64,000 nt of DNA, from contig OY969724.1 of assembly GCA_963702205.1 (NCBI GenBank), positions 2,752,001 through 2,816,000 on the forward strand, in the 5' to 3' direction. The translations under genes and the position numbers were made by a program. This DNA comes from an uncultured candidate division Zixibacteria bacterium. Lineage in GTDB: Bacteria > Zixibacteria > MSB-5A5 > GN15 > PGXB01. Under the pieces are notes generated by a model. It worked only from the letters and a program-made list of their open reading frames with translations, searched no databases and had not been told where the DNA came from. Below are positions 38,898-49,987 of the stretch, piece by piece (within the stretch, counting starts at the first letter, position 1; each line of letters starts with the position of its first letter).

Positions 38898-39797
38898 TTA
38901 ATATAGATATAAAACACGGGGTCCCTGCGAGTAAGCTCCCGATGTCAGGTCGTGAAGCTGGGACATAAACGACCCGAGAAAATCAAAAATACCGGGTTTC
39001 GGTTTGACAACCTTCACCAAATCAGGCTCGCCCTGTATCCCGGCCAGGTCGGCGGTGTATTTGACGGCATCCTCGAACGTCCCGAGCGTATCAACCAGAC
39101 CAAGTTCATAGGCCTGCCGCCCGCTGAATATCGACCCATCGGCCAGCGGATAAATGTCTTCCTTGCTCATATGGCGGCCCTCGGCGACTATGTCCACAAA
39201 CTGTTCATAGGTGTCCATGACCATGGAAGTCAGCATCTTCCGCTCTTTTTCGGTCATCGGTCGGTCGCGCGATCCGACGTCTTTTAATTCCCCGGATTTA
39301 ATCGTTTCATACGAAACCCCGATAGTCTTCAAAAGTTTTTCGGCATTCATGAATTGAATGATCACGCCGATAGAACCAACGATCGCCCCAGGATTGGCCA
39401 TTATGGCATCACACCCGCACGCCGCCATATATCCTCCCGATGCGGCCAATGACAGGCAGGAGGCTACCACAACCTTGCCCTTTTCCTCGCGGATTTTTCT
39501 TATTTCCTGATAGACTTCCTGAAATGGCGCCGCGGCACCGCCCGGCGAATCGATATGCAGGATAATGGCCTTGATATTGTCGTTGTCACCCCATTTTTTC
39601 AACTGCTTGATAATATCGGCTGAATCATAAACGGCCCCGTAGATTTCTATTACCGCAATCTTGTCTCCAAAGCCACCGAGGCTGATTTCATTGTCGCCGC
39701 TGAGCGCGCCGAAAAATACAAGGCTTAAAAAACCAAATCCGAATATAAAACTGAAAATGATAATAACCGCAATCACGATATCACGTTTCCTGGCCAT
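38898..39797 (-). CDS. sppA: Signal peptide peptidase SppA
   Basis: IDSPGG, AASGGY, GSIGV, KSGELKD, A.ELGLVD.LG motifs. Confidence 0.93.
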   Translation of the reverse strand: MARKRDIVIAVIIIFSFIFGFGFLSLVFFGALSGDNEISLGGFGDKIAVIEIYGAVYDSADIIKQLKKWGDNDNIKAIILHIDSPGGAAAPFQEVYQEIRKIREEKGKVVVASCLSLAASGGYMAACGCDAIMANPGAIVGSIGVIIQFMNAEKLLKTIGVSYETIKSGELKDVGSRDRPMTEKERKMLTSMVMDTYEQFVDIVAEGRHMSKEDIYPLADGSIFSGRQAYELGLVDTLGTFEDAVKYTADLAGIQGEPDLVKVVKPKPGIFDFLGSFMSQLHDLTSGAYSQGPRVLYLY

Positions 39798-39805
39798 AAT
39801 CTCCC

Positions 39806-41933
39806 CTAATCATAATAAATTTTCAACTTGTCGCCGATATTAATCAATCCCGGATCCGTCAATCCGTTCCAGACCATAAGCTTCGATACCGTCGTGCGGT
39901 TTTTGTAAGCGATCTTCGAAAGCGTGTCGCCACGACGAATCGTGTAAATCGTAAAGCTCGTCTTGCCCGAAGGAATAACGAGTTTCTGGTTGGCGTAAAT
40001 CCGGCTCCGCCGTCCCATACCGTTGGCCTGGCGGATGCTCGACACGGTTGTTCCGTGCATCCTGGCTAAATCCCAAAGAGTGTCGCCGGGCTTTACCTTG
40101 TAAGTCGTGCTTTCCTTACCGTCGGAATCCGCGTCAGATGACGACGACGATAATTGGGTCGTATTGGCCGAGGCTACCGCACCCGAACCGGATTCAAATA
40201 TCAGCAGCTTCTGGCCGACATGGATTCTGGCCCGGCGGTCGAGATTATTCAACCGGCGGATCTTATCGGTCGACGTGCTGAACGCCCGGGCAATATCCCA
40301 TACGGTATCGCCGGAGCGGACATAATAATAACTACCGGCAGCCTGATATTCCCGCTTGGGTTCCTTGCGGTCGCCATAATAGCTGTCGTTGGGCACGGGG
40401 ACAATCAGAGTTTTTCCGGCATATATTTTCGAGCGTCGAGAAAGATTATTGGCCTGCAAGATGGCATCTTGAGATACACCATAATGCCGGGCGATAGTTG
40501 AAACCACCTCGCCGCGCCTGATGGTATGGCGGACAAAGCTGGTCTCCTGCGACGAGGGCATGTCGTCATAAGCGGCCAGGAATTTCTCGCGGGTGTCCCG
40601 AGGAACGCGCAGAGTATAATTTTTTTCATTGGGCGGCGTGAAATTGCGGAGCAATTCCGGGTTAAGTTCCTTTAAATCCTTAAGCGAGCAGCCCAGTTCT
40701 TTGGCCACTACTTTCAGGTCCAGGCATTTGTCAATCTCCACCTCATCATATTCCCATTTCGGCTCATAATCAATATCGGTGAAACCGAATTTTTCGGGGC
40801 TTTTTGAGATAATCGTGGCGGCCATGAAAAACGGAACATAATCTTCGGTCTGCTTGCGCAGATCCATTTTCCAGAAATCGGTCGTTTTCTGATGCTTGAT
40901 CGTTTTGCGGACCCGCCCCGGCCCGCCGTTATAGGCGGCCATGGCCAGCTCCCAGCTCCCGAATTCATCGTACAAATCTTTCAAGAAGCGGGCGGCGGCG
41001 TGCGTCGCCTTTACCGGATCCTTGCGTTCGTCCAGCCACCACGAACGATCCAGCCCGTACAGCTTCCCGGTCGACGCGATAAACTGCCACAGCCCCATGG
41101 CCCGTGCCCAGGAATAGGCATTGGGGCTGTACCCCGATTCCACGGAAGCCAGATAGGCCATGTCCTCGGGTATACCGTGCTCGCTGAAAATCTTTTTGAA
41201 TAAAGGCAAAAACTTGGTCGATCGCGAAAGATGTTTGGCGAAAGCATCGCGGGCCACCGTCTGATAGTACAATATGCAATTTTTGACCCGCTCGTTCATG
41301 ATAATCGGGACGTCGTAAGCGACCTTCTCCTGCGTAATTTGATCGATGCGTTTGAATTCGGTCGTATCCATTTTGAGGTGATTTATTTCTGAAAAGCGCG
41401 ACATAAGAGCATCGGAGGAAACATCGCCGGGCAAATGTCCGAGAGATAACAAAGTCTGGCGATATCCGGTCGCCAGCTCGGCCAGTAGCTGATTGTACTT
41501 GGCGGCTTCCGGAGTTTCCGATTCTGGATCGAGATCGAGTTCCCCAAGGATGGAAATACACTTTTCAAAATAGTACTGCGCCTCTTCCCACGCGGCTTCC
41601 TTGTTGGCCAGAACGCCCATGCTGTAGTACCTCATAAGCCAGGTTCAGATATCTCCAGATTTCATCGTCCACCGCCACCGTCGTATCGTTGGCATTTTGG
41701 GCCGAGTCCTGAACGGCATAGGGAGATTGTTCGGTGCGGTCAAGATAAATATCCTCCTCGACCGAAGCCAGCGGGGCACTCCCCTGATTATCGCTCGATG
41801 AGCTGTCTGAAAAATGAGGTTTGGCGTTTTTTTCGGCAGGCGGTTGACCCAGGTTTGGATTGGTGCAGGAGATTAAAACAATCCCCAGAAGAAAAGAAAA
41901 AACGGCAGAAATCTTGGCTTTTTTCATGATCAT
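39806..41933 (-). CDS. Membrane-bound lytic transglycosylase MltD-like lipoprotein with four LysM domains; one extra base near 41630-41631
   Basis: ORF 41565..41933 carries the lipoprotein signal (LISC). ORF 39806..41635 carries the SLT domain (VESG, GLWQF, AAYNGG) and LysM repeats. The two are 1 nt out of frame. Confidence 0.88.
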
Positions 41934-42054
41934 AATTTTCCAATAGTTATATAACTTCCATCCTAATATATATCGGAAATGTTTATACAGTCTTTACGTT
42001 TTCCCCTCATAACCTGTTGTTATATATATGAAATCCTCGGCGACGGTGTCAAGA

Positions 42055-43002
42055 TTAAATATTCCTCCCCTCCACAATATTTATAAGACAATCCAAAACA
42101 CCCTCGGGTTTATCGCAAAATTGAACATTTTGCATGCCCCTCAGCCAGGTAATCTGCCTTTTGGCGAAGCGCCGGGAATTTTGTTTGATCAAATTCACGG
42201 CCTCGTCGAAGCCGAGACGGCCATCCTTAAAATCAAATAACTCGTTATACCCGATTGCATTAATTTGCCTAACCTGGTCTTTCAGACCCATTTTTATGAT
42301 CATATCGATTTCATCTTGCAGGCCGCGCTTCAGCATCAAGTCCACTCGCGAATTTATTTTTTCATATAGATGATCTCGCGGCGGCAAATAGCATATTATT
42401 TTAAAGTCGTATATTTTTTTATACGATCCGACGGCTGTAATTTCCGATTTTGTTTTGCCGGTCAAATAATAAATTTCGAGCGCCCGAATGACTTTTTTTA
42501 CATTATTCGGATGGACCTTATAAGCTTCGATCGGGTCTATATTTTTCAGTTTATCGTGAAGAACCTCAGGGCTGTCGGTTTCAGCCAGTCTTTCAAGCTC
42601 GTCCCTGATTGCGAAATCGCCGTCGGGTATTTCGACAATTCCCTCAGCCAGAGACTTGATATACAGCCCCGTCCCGCCGCATACGATCGGTAAGTGCCGC
42701 CGGCCCAATATTTCTCCGATCAGCCTATTGGCCCGCTCTACAAAATGGAAAGCTGTGAATCTCTCCCCCGGTTCGACACAATCGACCAGATGAATCGAAT
42801 AGCGCGAGATTTCTTCGGCGTTCGGTTTGTCGGTACCGATATTAAGCTGTCTGTATATTTGACGGGAATCAGCCGAAATCATTTCGAGACCGGTATGCCG
42901 GTCCATAAAATCGAAGACCAGGGACGTCTTGCCCGCTCCGGTAGGGCCGGTTAAAACCGGTATGACGGGAGCTTTATCGCCCGAATTTGGCATCGAGTTC
43001 AT
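42055..43002 (-). CDS. miaA: tRNA dimethylallyltransferase
   Basis: GPTGAGKT, ISADSRQIY, IGTDKP, GGTGLY, FAKRQITW. Confidence 0.95.
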   Translation of the reverse strand: MNSMPNSGDKAPVIPVLTGPTGAGKTSLVFDFMDRHTGLEMISADSRQIYRQLNIGTDKPNAEEISRYSIHLVDCVEPGERFTAFHFVERANRLIGEILGRRHLPIVCGGTGLYIKSLAEGIVEIPDGDFAIRDELERLAETDSPEVLHDKLKNIDPIEAYKVHPNNVKKVIRALEIYYLTGKTKSEITAVGSYKKIYDFKIICYLPPRDHLYEKINSRVDLMLKRGLQDEIDMIIKMGLKDQVRQINAIGYNELFDFKDGRLGFDEAVNLIKQNSRRFAKRQITWLRGMQNVQFCDKPEGVLDCLINIVEGRNI

Positions 43003-44821
43003 CTTTGGTCAACCGAAGAATGACAGGGCGGCCGTGAGGGCAGGTGTGATGGTTACGGCAGGCGTATAACTGGCTTATCAAGGCGCGGGCTTCGGTTTCG
43101 GTCGTTTTATCGCCGTGCATGACGGCTCCCCGGCAGGCAATAGACTGCGCGATACTTTTCCTGAGGTCGAAACCGGCCCGGTCGGCACGCTCGATATCGG
43201 TGATTATCTCGTCGAATGATTTCTCCGGGGATTTCTTGGATAGTGCCGCAGGCACTGCGGACAATAAGACAGTGGTGGCGCCAAACGGTTCGGCAACAAA
43301 GCCGGACGCCTCAAGAGCCTCGGCGGCCATTTCAAAAAGCGAATACCGATCGGCCGCCAGTTCGATATTTACCGGAAACAGAAGATTCTGCGACACGCCG
43401 GAGCCTTTATCCATCGCGGCCAGCGTTTGTTCGTAAAGCACCCGTTCGTGCGCCGCATGCTGATCGACAATATATAACATGTTTTGATCCGAAAACATAA
43501 GGTACAGTTTCGCGAATTGCCCCAGGTATTGATAGCGCTCGAATTCTGGCTCAACTGTAGGTGTTGAGCCTGGCTCAATGGCGGGAGTTTCTTCGGCTGC
43601 GGGCAATCCGACGTGCACCGGTTCGGCATGCGACTGTCCGGCGGTATTTTCTTCGGCCTCACCTCGGTATAGTTTCTTTAACAAGCTTATATCGAGATTT
43701 TTTGTCGGCTGTTGTTGTGACGGCACCGCCTGATGATCGAATCGAGGCCCGGTTTCGCCGGGCAGACTCGGTGGCGGCCCCAGTACCGTCGGAGTCGGGA
43801 GGATGCCGGTTTCGCGCAGGGTCCGCTTGACAGCTTCGTGCAGCAGGTCGTGGATCATCCGTTCCTGAGACAGACGCACTTCGGCTTTGGTCGGATGCAC
43901 GTTGACATCGACCTGCGCCGGATCGACCGACATAAATACTGCCCCGACCGGGTACTGCCCCTTTTGCAGGAGCTCCTTATAGCCGGAGACAATCCCGTGC
44001 GCCAGCCCCGGAGATTTTATGAAGCGATTATTGATAAACATGTACAGGCCGGTCTGACCGTTGCGGCAGTACAGCGGGTAACTTAAGTACGCTTCTATTT
44101 TGACATCGGAGACGTCGCTTATGACGGTCATCAGTTGATCGACTTTATTTTGAAGTAATATCCGGGCAGTGCGCGACTTGGGATTATTGTCGGTTTCGGA
44201 AAGCTCAAACAGCCTGCGGCCATTGATTCTGTATTTGAAAGCCACGCCGCTTGAACTCAGGGCCATGGCAATGGCGTTTCGATTGAGATACGACGCCTCG
44301 GTCGGTTCAGACTTTAGAAATTTGCGGCGGGCGGGTGTATTGAAAAACAAATTTTCAACTTCGACTTTGGTTCCGTCCGGGGCCGCGACCGGTTTGAGGC
44401 TCTGCACCACACCGCCCTCGATAATGATTTCCATGCCGCTGTCGGCGTCGGCCGTTTTCGAGACCAGGCGCGTGCGGGAGATAGAAGCAATTGACGGTAG
44501 CGCTTCGCCGCGAAACCCGAAACTGATGAGCTTCTCCAGATCGTTGAAGTCGCTGATCTTGCTTGTGGCGTGCCGAGAAAAGGCGATCTCTATCTGATCC
44601 GGTTCGATTCCGCAGCCGTTATCGGTGACAACGATTCGTTTGGTGCCGGACTTTTCGATGTCGACGTCGATCGACGCAGCACCGGCATCGAGAGCGTTTT
44701 CCACCAGCTCTTTTAGAACGGCCGCCGGTCGCTCGATCACCTCACCGGCTGCGATCTTGTTGATCAGGCGTTCCGGGAGCGGACGAATCCAGCGTTTCTT
44801 TATGGCGGGATTATTGCTCAT
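42974..44821 (-). CDS. mutL: DNA mismatch repair protein MutL
   Basis: KIAAGEVIERP, GFRGEAL, DVNVHPTK, endonuclease motif DQHAAHER, ACR, CPHGRP. Confidence 0.97.
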   Translation of the reverse strand: MSNNPAIKKRWIRPLPERLINKIAAGEVIERPAAVLKELVENALDAGAASIDVDIEKSGTKRIVVTDNGCGIEPDQIEIAFSRHATSKISDFNDLEKLISFGFRGEALPSIASISRTRLVSKTADADSGMEIIIEGGVVQSLKPVAAPDGTKVEVENLFFNTPARRKFLKSEPTEASYLNRNAIAMALSSSGVAFKYRINGRRLFELSETDNNPKSRTARILLQNKVDQLMTVISDVSDVKIEAYLSYPLYCRNGQTGLYMFINNRFIKSPGLAHGIVSGYKELLQKGQYPVGAVFMSVDPAQVDVNVHPTKAEVRLSQERMIHDLLHEAVKRTLRETGILPTPTVLGPPPSLPGETGPRFDHQAVPSQQQPTKNLDISLLKKLYRGEAEENTAGQSHAEPVHVGLPAAEETPAIEPGSTPTVEPEFERYQYLGQFAKLYLMFSDQNMLYIVDQHAAHERVLYEQTLAAMDKGSGVSQNLLFPVNIELAADRYSLFEMAAEALEASGFVAEPFGATTVLLSAVPAALSKKSPEKSFDEIITDIERADRAGFDLRKSIAQSIACRGAVMHGDKTTETEARALISQLYACRNHHTCPHGRPVILRLTKDELDAKFGR

Positions 44822-47423
44822 CGAGTTTTTCTTTCAGGCGATGCAGCATCTTAAGGGCATCGACCGGCGTCAGGTTGTCGATGTCGGTCTTTTTGATTTC
44901 TCCTTCCACTTCCGACGGCTGCCGGTCGAACAGTGAGCGTTGCACTATATTTTTATGGACTCCCCTGGCCAGCGCCGACTGCGAGAATTTTCCGGATTCC
45001 AGAAGTTTTAACAGCTCCCGCGAGCGAGTCAGAGCCGGCCGCGGCACTCCGGCCAGACGGGCCACCTCGATGCCGTAGGAATCATCGCAGCCGCCTGGAA
45101 TTATTTTGTGCAAAAATATAATTTCGTTTTCCCAGCGTTTGACCGCCACCTGACAGTTAAATATTTTATCGTACAGCGCCGCCAACCCGGTTAGCTCATG
45201 ATAGTGAGTGGCGAAAACGGTGCGGGCCCGGTTGTTCTCGTTAATGTATTCCACGACCGACCACGCGATAGAAAGGCCGTCGAAAGTCGACGTCCCCCGG
45301 CCGACCTCATCGAGCAGGATCAGTGACTTCTCCCCGGCGTTGTGCAGGATGTTCGACGTTTCCACCATCTCCACCAGAAACGTCGACTGACCCCGCGCCA
45401 GGTTGTCGATGGCTCCGACCCGCGTGAAAACCCGGTCGACCAGTCCGATGCGGGCCGACTCGGCTGGGACAAAAGAACCGATCTGGGCCAGAATTACGAT
45501 CAGCCCCATCTGGCGCAAATAGGTCGATTTGCCGGACATGTTGGGCCCGGTCAAGATCATAAGTCTGTGAGCATTTGAATTCAAGTCGATATCATTGGCT
45601 ATGAAATTGCCCGCCGGAAGAAGGTTTTCTATTACCGGGTGACGGCCGCCGATGATTTCCAGGTCGGTCGATTCATCGAGTTCGGGGCAGATATAGCTTT
45701 TGTCCGCTGCCAGATTGGCCAGCGAGACAATCAGATCAATTTCGGACAATGCTTCGGCGATCAGGATTATATCTTCGAGACTCCCCGCGACTTCATCGAC
45801 AAGCTCAGCAAACAGCTTTTCTTCGAGTGAGAATATTTTCTCTTCGGCGGCGCTAATCATCTCTTCTTTTTCTTTCAATTCCTCGGTGATATACCGCTCG
45901 CCGTTGACCAGGGTTTGTTTGCGAATGTATCCATCGGGAGCTTTGTCCTGATGCGCTTTGGTAATTTCTATATAGTACCCGAAAACTTTGTTGTAACCGA
46001 CTTTCAGCGACGGTATCCCGGTGCGCTGACGCTCTTTGTTTTGAAGCGATGCGATGTACTTACGGGCGTCGCGGATCGAATCAATCAAAGCATCCAACTC
46101 GGCCGAAAATCCTTTTCTGATAACGCCGCCTTTGTTGGCGGTCATCGGCGGTTCATCGGTCAGGGCGAAACCGATTTTCTCGACAACCATCCCTAAGTCA
46201 GGATAATTGGCGACGATGCTTTTTATGATCTCGCTGTTGCAGTCCGACAGACGGCCAATAATATCCCGCCCCGTTACGAGTCCCTCCTTTAAGGTAGCCA
46301 AAAGACGCGGATTGATTTTGCGCATCCCGAGCCGCCCGGCCAGACGCGCCAGGTCGGGCAATTGGCTTAATTGTGACGGAAGATCGATCGCGAGGTCGCG
46401 GTTATGGTACAGCTCTTTCACGCCCTTTTGTCGGCGTAAAATGGGCACAAGAGTCTTGTATGGGTGCAGCAGGGAGTCGCGCAGCTTGCGGGCGCCGCCC
46501 GCCGATGACGTTTTATTGACCGCCGCGAACAGGGAGTTTTTCTCGCCCTGGTCCGACAGGTTGCGCGAAATTTCAAGATTCCTGACCGTGTTATAATCGA
46601 GCACCATGCACTGGGTGTTGTCCGCCGGAAGAATTTTCGTGATATGATCCAGCTTGGTGCGATTGGTTTCCTGCAGGTACCTGTAGATTGCGCCGGCGGC
46701 GGTTATACCATACTTTGTCTGTCCGATACCGAACCCGTCGAGGGTACTTACTCCGAAAAATTCGCACAGCTCCCGCAGCGCCGTCTTATAATCGAAATTC
46801 CAGTTCTCGAACGGCGTGAACCCCTTTTGACCGCCCGACTTGAGCAGGCCGACAAATTCACCGTCGTAATCGTCGGGGTACAATATTTCTTTGGGCGACA
46901 ATATCTGAATCGACTCGGTCATACGGTCGGTCGGACCTTCATCGACAAAAAACTGCCCGGTCGTAAGGTCAATCGCGGCCAGCCCGCAGTCAGCGTCGCC
47001 CAGCGGTACGTAGACCGCCGCCAGATAAGTCGTGCCCGAAGCTTCGTAAGCGCTGTCGACCGTGGACGTACCGGGAGTGATTATTTCGACGACGTCGCGT
47101 TTGACCACACCTTTGGCCAGTTTGGGGTCTTCGATCTGCTCGACAATGACGACCTTCTCGCCCGCTTCCAGAAGCCGCGCCAGGTACTTATCGGCACTGT
47201 GGTACGGCACTCCGGCCAGCGGGATTTTTTTGCCGTTCAGGTGCCCCCGTGAAGTCAGGGCAATATTGAGAATTGGCGCCGCTTTGACGGCGTCGTCGTC
47301 GAACATTTCGTAAAAATCACCCATGCGGAAGAATAGAATTTTATCCGGGTAGCGGGCTTTGATATCATAGAACTGCCGCATCACCGGCGTCAGTTTATCG
47401 CGGGCCGAGGCGGACGGATTCAT
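44811..47423 (-). CDS. mutS: DNA mismatch repair protein MutS
   Basis: GDFYEMF, TGPNMSGKST, STFLVEM, DEVGRGTST, FATHYHEL. Confidence 0.97.
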   Translation of the reverse strand: MNPSASARDKLTPVMRQFYDIKARYPDKILFFRMGDFYEMFDDDAVKAAPILNIALTSRGHLNGKKIPLAGVPYHSADKYLARLLEAGEKVVIVEQIEDPKLAKGVVKRDVVEIITPGTSTVDSAYEASGTTYLAAVYVPLGDADCGLAAIDLTTGQFFVDEGPTDRMTESIQILSPKEILYPDDYDGEFVGLLKSGGQKGFTPFENWNFDYKTALRELCEFFGVSTLDGFGIGQTKYGITAAGAIYRYLQETNRTKLDHITKILPADNTQCMVLDYNTVRNLEISRNLSDQGEKNSLFAAVNKTSSAGGARKLRDSLLHPYKTLVPILRRQKGVKELYHNRDLAIDLPSQLSQLPDLARLAGRLGMRKINPRLLATLKEGLVTGRDIIGRLSDCNSEIIKSIVANYPDLGMVVEKIGFALTDEPPMTANKGGVIRKGFSAELDALIDSIRDARKYIASLQNKERQRTGIPSLKVGYNKVFGYYIEITKAHQDKAPDGYIRKQTLVNGERYITEELKEKEEMISAAEEKIFSLEEKLFAELVDEVAGSLEDIILIAEALSEIDLIVSLANLAADKSYICPELDESTDLEIIGGRHPVIENLLPAGNFIANDIDLNSNAHRLMILTGPNMSGKSTYLRQMGLIVILAQIGSFVPAESARIGLVDRVFTRVGAIDNLARGQSTFLVEMVETSNILHNAGEKSLILLDEVGRGTSTFDGLSIAWSVVEYINENNRARTVFATHYHELTGLAALYDKIFNCQVAVKRWENEIIFLHKIIPGGCDDSYGIEVARLAGVPRPALTRSRELLKLLESGKFSQSALARGVHKNIVQRSLFDRQPSEVEGEIKKTDIDNLTPVDALKMLHRLKEKLDEQ

Positions 47424-48409
47424 CGTGCGACTACTTGAAAAGCTTCGTTTTCCTGTGATTCCAGCCGGGCTTTGAAGGCTATGGCTTCGTCGGATGAAGT
47501 AAATTTCCCGACATAAACCACATAGTAACTTTTATTGGATATTGTCTTGTCTTTTATTTCAATGGGCTGATCGTACTTTTCCATGAATTTCTTCATATCG
47601 CGGGCGTTGTCGCGCATGGAATATACCCCTACCTGCACCGAATAATAGGTGCCGGTGATTTTATCGGCCTCGCCGCCGCCGGATATTTTCAAATCACTGA
47701 ATCCGGACACGAGTTCATCAAGACCGACCGCATCGGGATAACTTTCTTTGAGGATATTATAATACAATATGGCGTCGTCGATGCGTTTCTGCTCGAACGA
47801 ATAGTACGACAGGAAAAAAAGCGACGGAGCGACGACCTCATCGTAGGTCGATTTGGTCAGACCCCGGCAAATTTTCTGCGCCGCGATGTAATCCCGGGCG
47901 TCATACTGCCGCCGCGCCTTTTCGAGTTTCCCTATATCACCGTACATGTGGTCTTCGTTTTCTCTTGTCAATAGTTCTATCTCTCGTTCGGCCGAGGACC
48001 TCTTGCCGATCTTGTCGGCGGCCAGCGAGTACAGACGAATCATCATCGGGCGATACTTTCCGTTTTCCCAATACTGAAGATAACCCAGGGCCGATGACGC
48101 CAGGTTTTCGTAATCGCCGTCGGCCAGATAGTACTGTACCTTACGGCAGACGTTGTCTTCGAGCCATTCGGAAGCCATTCCGGCCTTGAAAGCCGCGTCG
48201 AGGAATTTGGCCGAGGCATAACCATCGGTCTCCAGGAGGGCCTGGCAGTACAGCATCGACCCATCGCGCGTCGTTGCCGTCGCCAGTTGACCTATTTCCT
48301 TCCTGGCGTTATCCAGATCACCTTTTTGAATGAGTTTCAGAACGTCATCCGATGCATAAGCCCCGGAAAATAACGATAATACGAATATGCACAGTACGAA
48401 TTTACGCAT
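47420..48409 (-). CDS. Secreted TPR + SPOR domain protein
   Basis: Signal peptide, helical repeats, C-terminal YSVQVG..S..DNA...Y.VYVG.F SPOR domain. Confidence 0.85.
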   Translation of the reverse strand: MRKFVLCIFVLSLFSGAYASDDVLKLIQKGDLDNARKEIGQLATATTRDGSMLYCQALLETDGYASAKFLDAAFKAGMASEWLEDNVCRKVQYYLADGDYENLASSALGYLQYWENGKYRPMMIRLYSLAADKIGKRSSAEREIELLTRENEDHMYGDIGKLEKARRQYDARDYIAAQKICRGLTKSTYDEVVAPSLFFLSYYSFEQKRIDDAILYYNILKESYPDAVGLDELVSGFSDLKISGGGEADKITGTYYSVQVGVYSMRDNARDMKKFMEKYDQPIEIKDKTISNKSYYVVYVGKFTSSDEAIAFKARLESQENEAFQVVAR

Positions 48410-48424
48410 ACTATTCAGCTTGTG

Positions 48425-49537
48425 TTAACGGCCCGAATAGACGTCCTGCCCGGCAGGCTTTTTCATCCCGGCCAAGCTGCCCCGATTATTGCCATCGGGT
48501 TCGCCGCGTTCCAGCAGTTTGTCCAGGAGCGCCCCGAGTTCTTTCTTATCGCCGGTAGACAAATGCAGCCGGGCCAGTTCCAGCGCGGGAGTGTACGCCT
48601 CGGGGTGGCTTTCCAGCGTCGCGCGCAGATGCTCAATGGCTTCGGCCGTTTCGCCTTTTTTCTGATGATAATCGGCCAGCAACAGACGGGCATCGATATT
48701 GTCGGGCGCGGTTTCGAGAATATCATTGCAGACCGAAGAAATATCACCATACCGACCCAGTTCGAACAGCGCTTTCTTCAGCCGCCCCAGTACCAAACCC
48801 GCCTTGGCTGGTACCGCCGCGACCATCTTGCGCCAGATCTGGACGGCGTCGTCGAGCCGGTCTTCCAGGACGTAGGAATCACCGATTTTCACGTAAGCCG
48901 AAACGCAGGCCGGGTCCATCGAAACCGCCTCTTTGAAAAGCACTCTGGCTTTATGATATTCTTTGTGGTCGAACAGCTTTTCACCCTGATGAAACCGATA
49001 TATGGCCAGACCCTTCTTGGAATGGTCGCCGTCGATTTTTATCAGCTTCTCTTTGATTTCGATAGCCTTATCCCAGTCGCCGGCATTTTCATGAAGCTTG
49101 AGCAGGTTCTCATAAGCCCAGCGGTTGGAGGGGGCGATTTCAATCAATTCCTGCAGGGCTTTTTCTGCCGAATCGGAATCTGACAGCGCCAGAAAGTCCT
49201 CGGTCAGAGCCCGTAAAATCGATTTCTTATCGGAATTCGCCAGATTGTGCCGCAGGGTCAAATCTTTGTGGACCTGAAGCGCCTTATCGGCCTTGCCGTA
49301 TTTCTTGAGAATATCCCCCAGCCTCAGGTAGGCATCGATATTGGTGCTGTCCTCTGCCACGACTTCCCGGAATTTGCTGAAGGCTTCTTCGTCGCGGTTA
49401 TCCAGCAAAGCCCGCAAACCATCGATATAGAGCCTATTATCGGGCTGCTTTTTTTCCTTTTTGTACTGACCGTAATAGAAATAAATCAGCAGCGAGGCAA
49501 TGACAGCCAGCAAAATTATGATGATTACCATATCCAT
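48425..49537 (-). CDS. lapB: LapB-like TPR protein (no C-terminal rubredoxin motif)
   Basis: N-terminal TM, Y..GL..LL, LG..L...G..DKA..VH..L; directly downstream of lapA. Confidence 0.78.
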   Translation of the reverse strand: MDMVIIIILLAVIASLLIYFYYGQYKKEKKQPDNRLYIDGLRALLDNRDEEAFSKFREVVAEDSTNIDAYLRLGDILKKYGKADKALQVHKDLTLRHNLANSDKKSILRALTEDFLALSDSDSAEKALQELIEIAPSNRWAYENLLKLHENAGDWDKAIEIKEKLIKIDGDHSKKGLAIYRFHQGEKLFDHKEYHKARVLFKEAVSMDPACVSAYVKIGDSYVLEDRLDDAVQIWRKMVAAVPAKAGLVLGRLKKALFELGRYGDISSVCNDILETAPDNIDARLLLADYHQKKGETAEAIEHLRATLESHPEAYTPALELARLHLSTGDKKELGALLDKLLERGEPDGNNRGSLAGMKKPAGQDVYSGR

Positions 49538-49549
49538 AGGATTTCCCCG

Positions 49550-49876
49550 TTAGTTCCTTTTCTTTCCCAGTAAATCCTTGCTTTCCTCAATCGGTCGATT
49601 GCGCAGAGCGGTAACTTCGGATATCAGTCCTTTGATAGATTTGTTGGCGTCTCGAAGCTGATTGGTCTGCTTGAGATAAATGGAAATGAACAGCAGCCAG
49701 GCGATCAGGGCTCCCAGGATAAAGGACCAGAAAACCACCGTAATCACCGGGACATCCATTCTTTGGGCGTAAATCAGATTGACGTTTACGGTTTGATCGG
49801 GGCCGCTGTTATATAAGGCAAAACCGACAATAATTGCAATCACCAGGAGTATCAATACCGACCTGAAAACCCACAT
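49550..49876 (-). CDS. lapA: LapA family protein
   Basis: Two TM helices, FALYN...V.VNL, C-terminal coiled coil ending LRN.P; paired with lapB. Confidence 0.8.
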   Translation of the reverse strand: MWVFRSVLILLVIAIIVGFALYNSGPDQTVNVNLIYAQRMDVPVITVVFWSFILGALIAWLLFISIYLKQTNQLRDANKSIKGLISEVTALRNRPIEESKDLLGKKRN

Positions 49877-49987
49877 ACTTCCTCCTTGGAAGAATTTAGC
49901 TTTTTACTGATCGAACATAACAAACCGGACTAACGGCGTCAATAATTAATCGGTTGCCGTTTTTGATATTATAAAGATCTCCGGCGC

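Noticed and set aside
35116..41632. Programmed ribosomal +1 frameshifting at the GTACCT sites
   Set aside because: The extra base falls in different codon phases at the three sites, with no shared slippery codon or stimulator.
41565..41933. Separate 122-aa lipoprotein gene
   Set aside because: It is the 5' part of the MltD-like gene split by one extra base.
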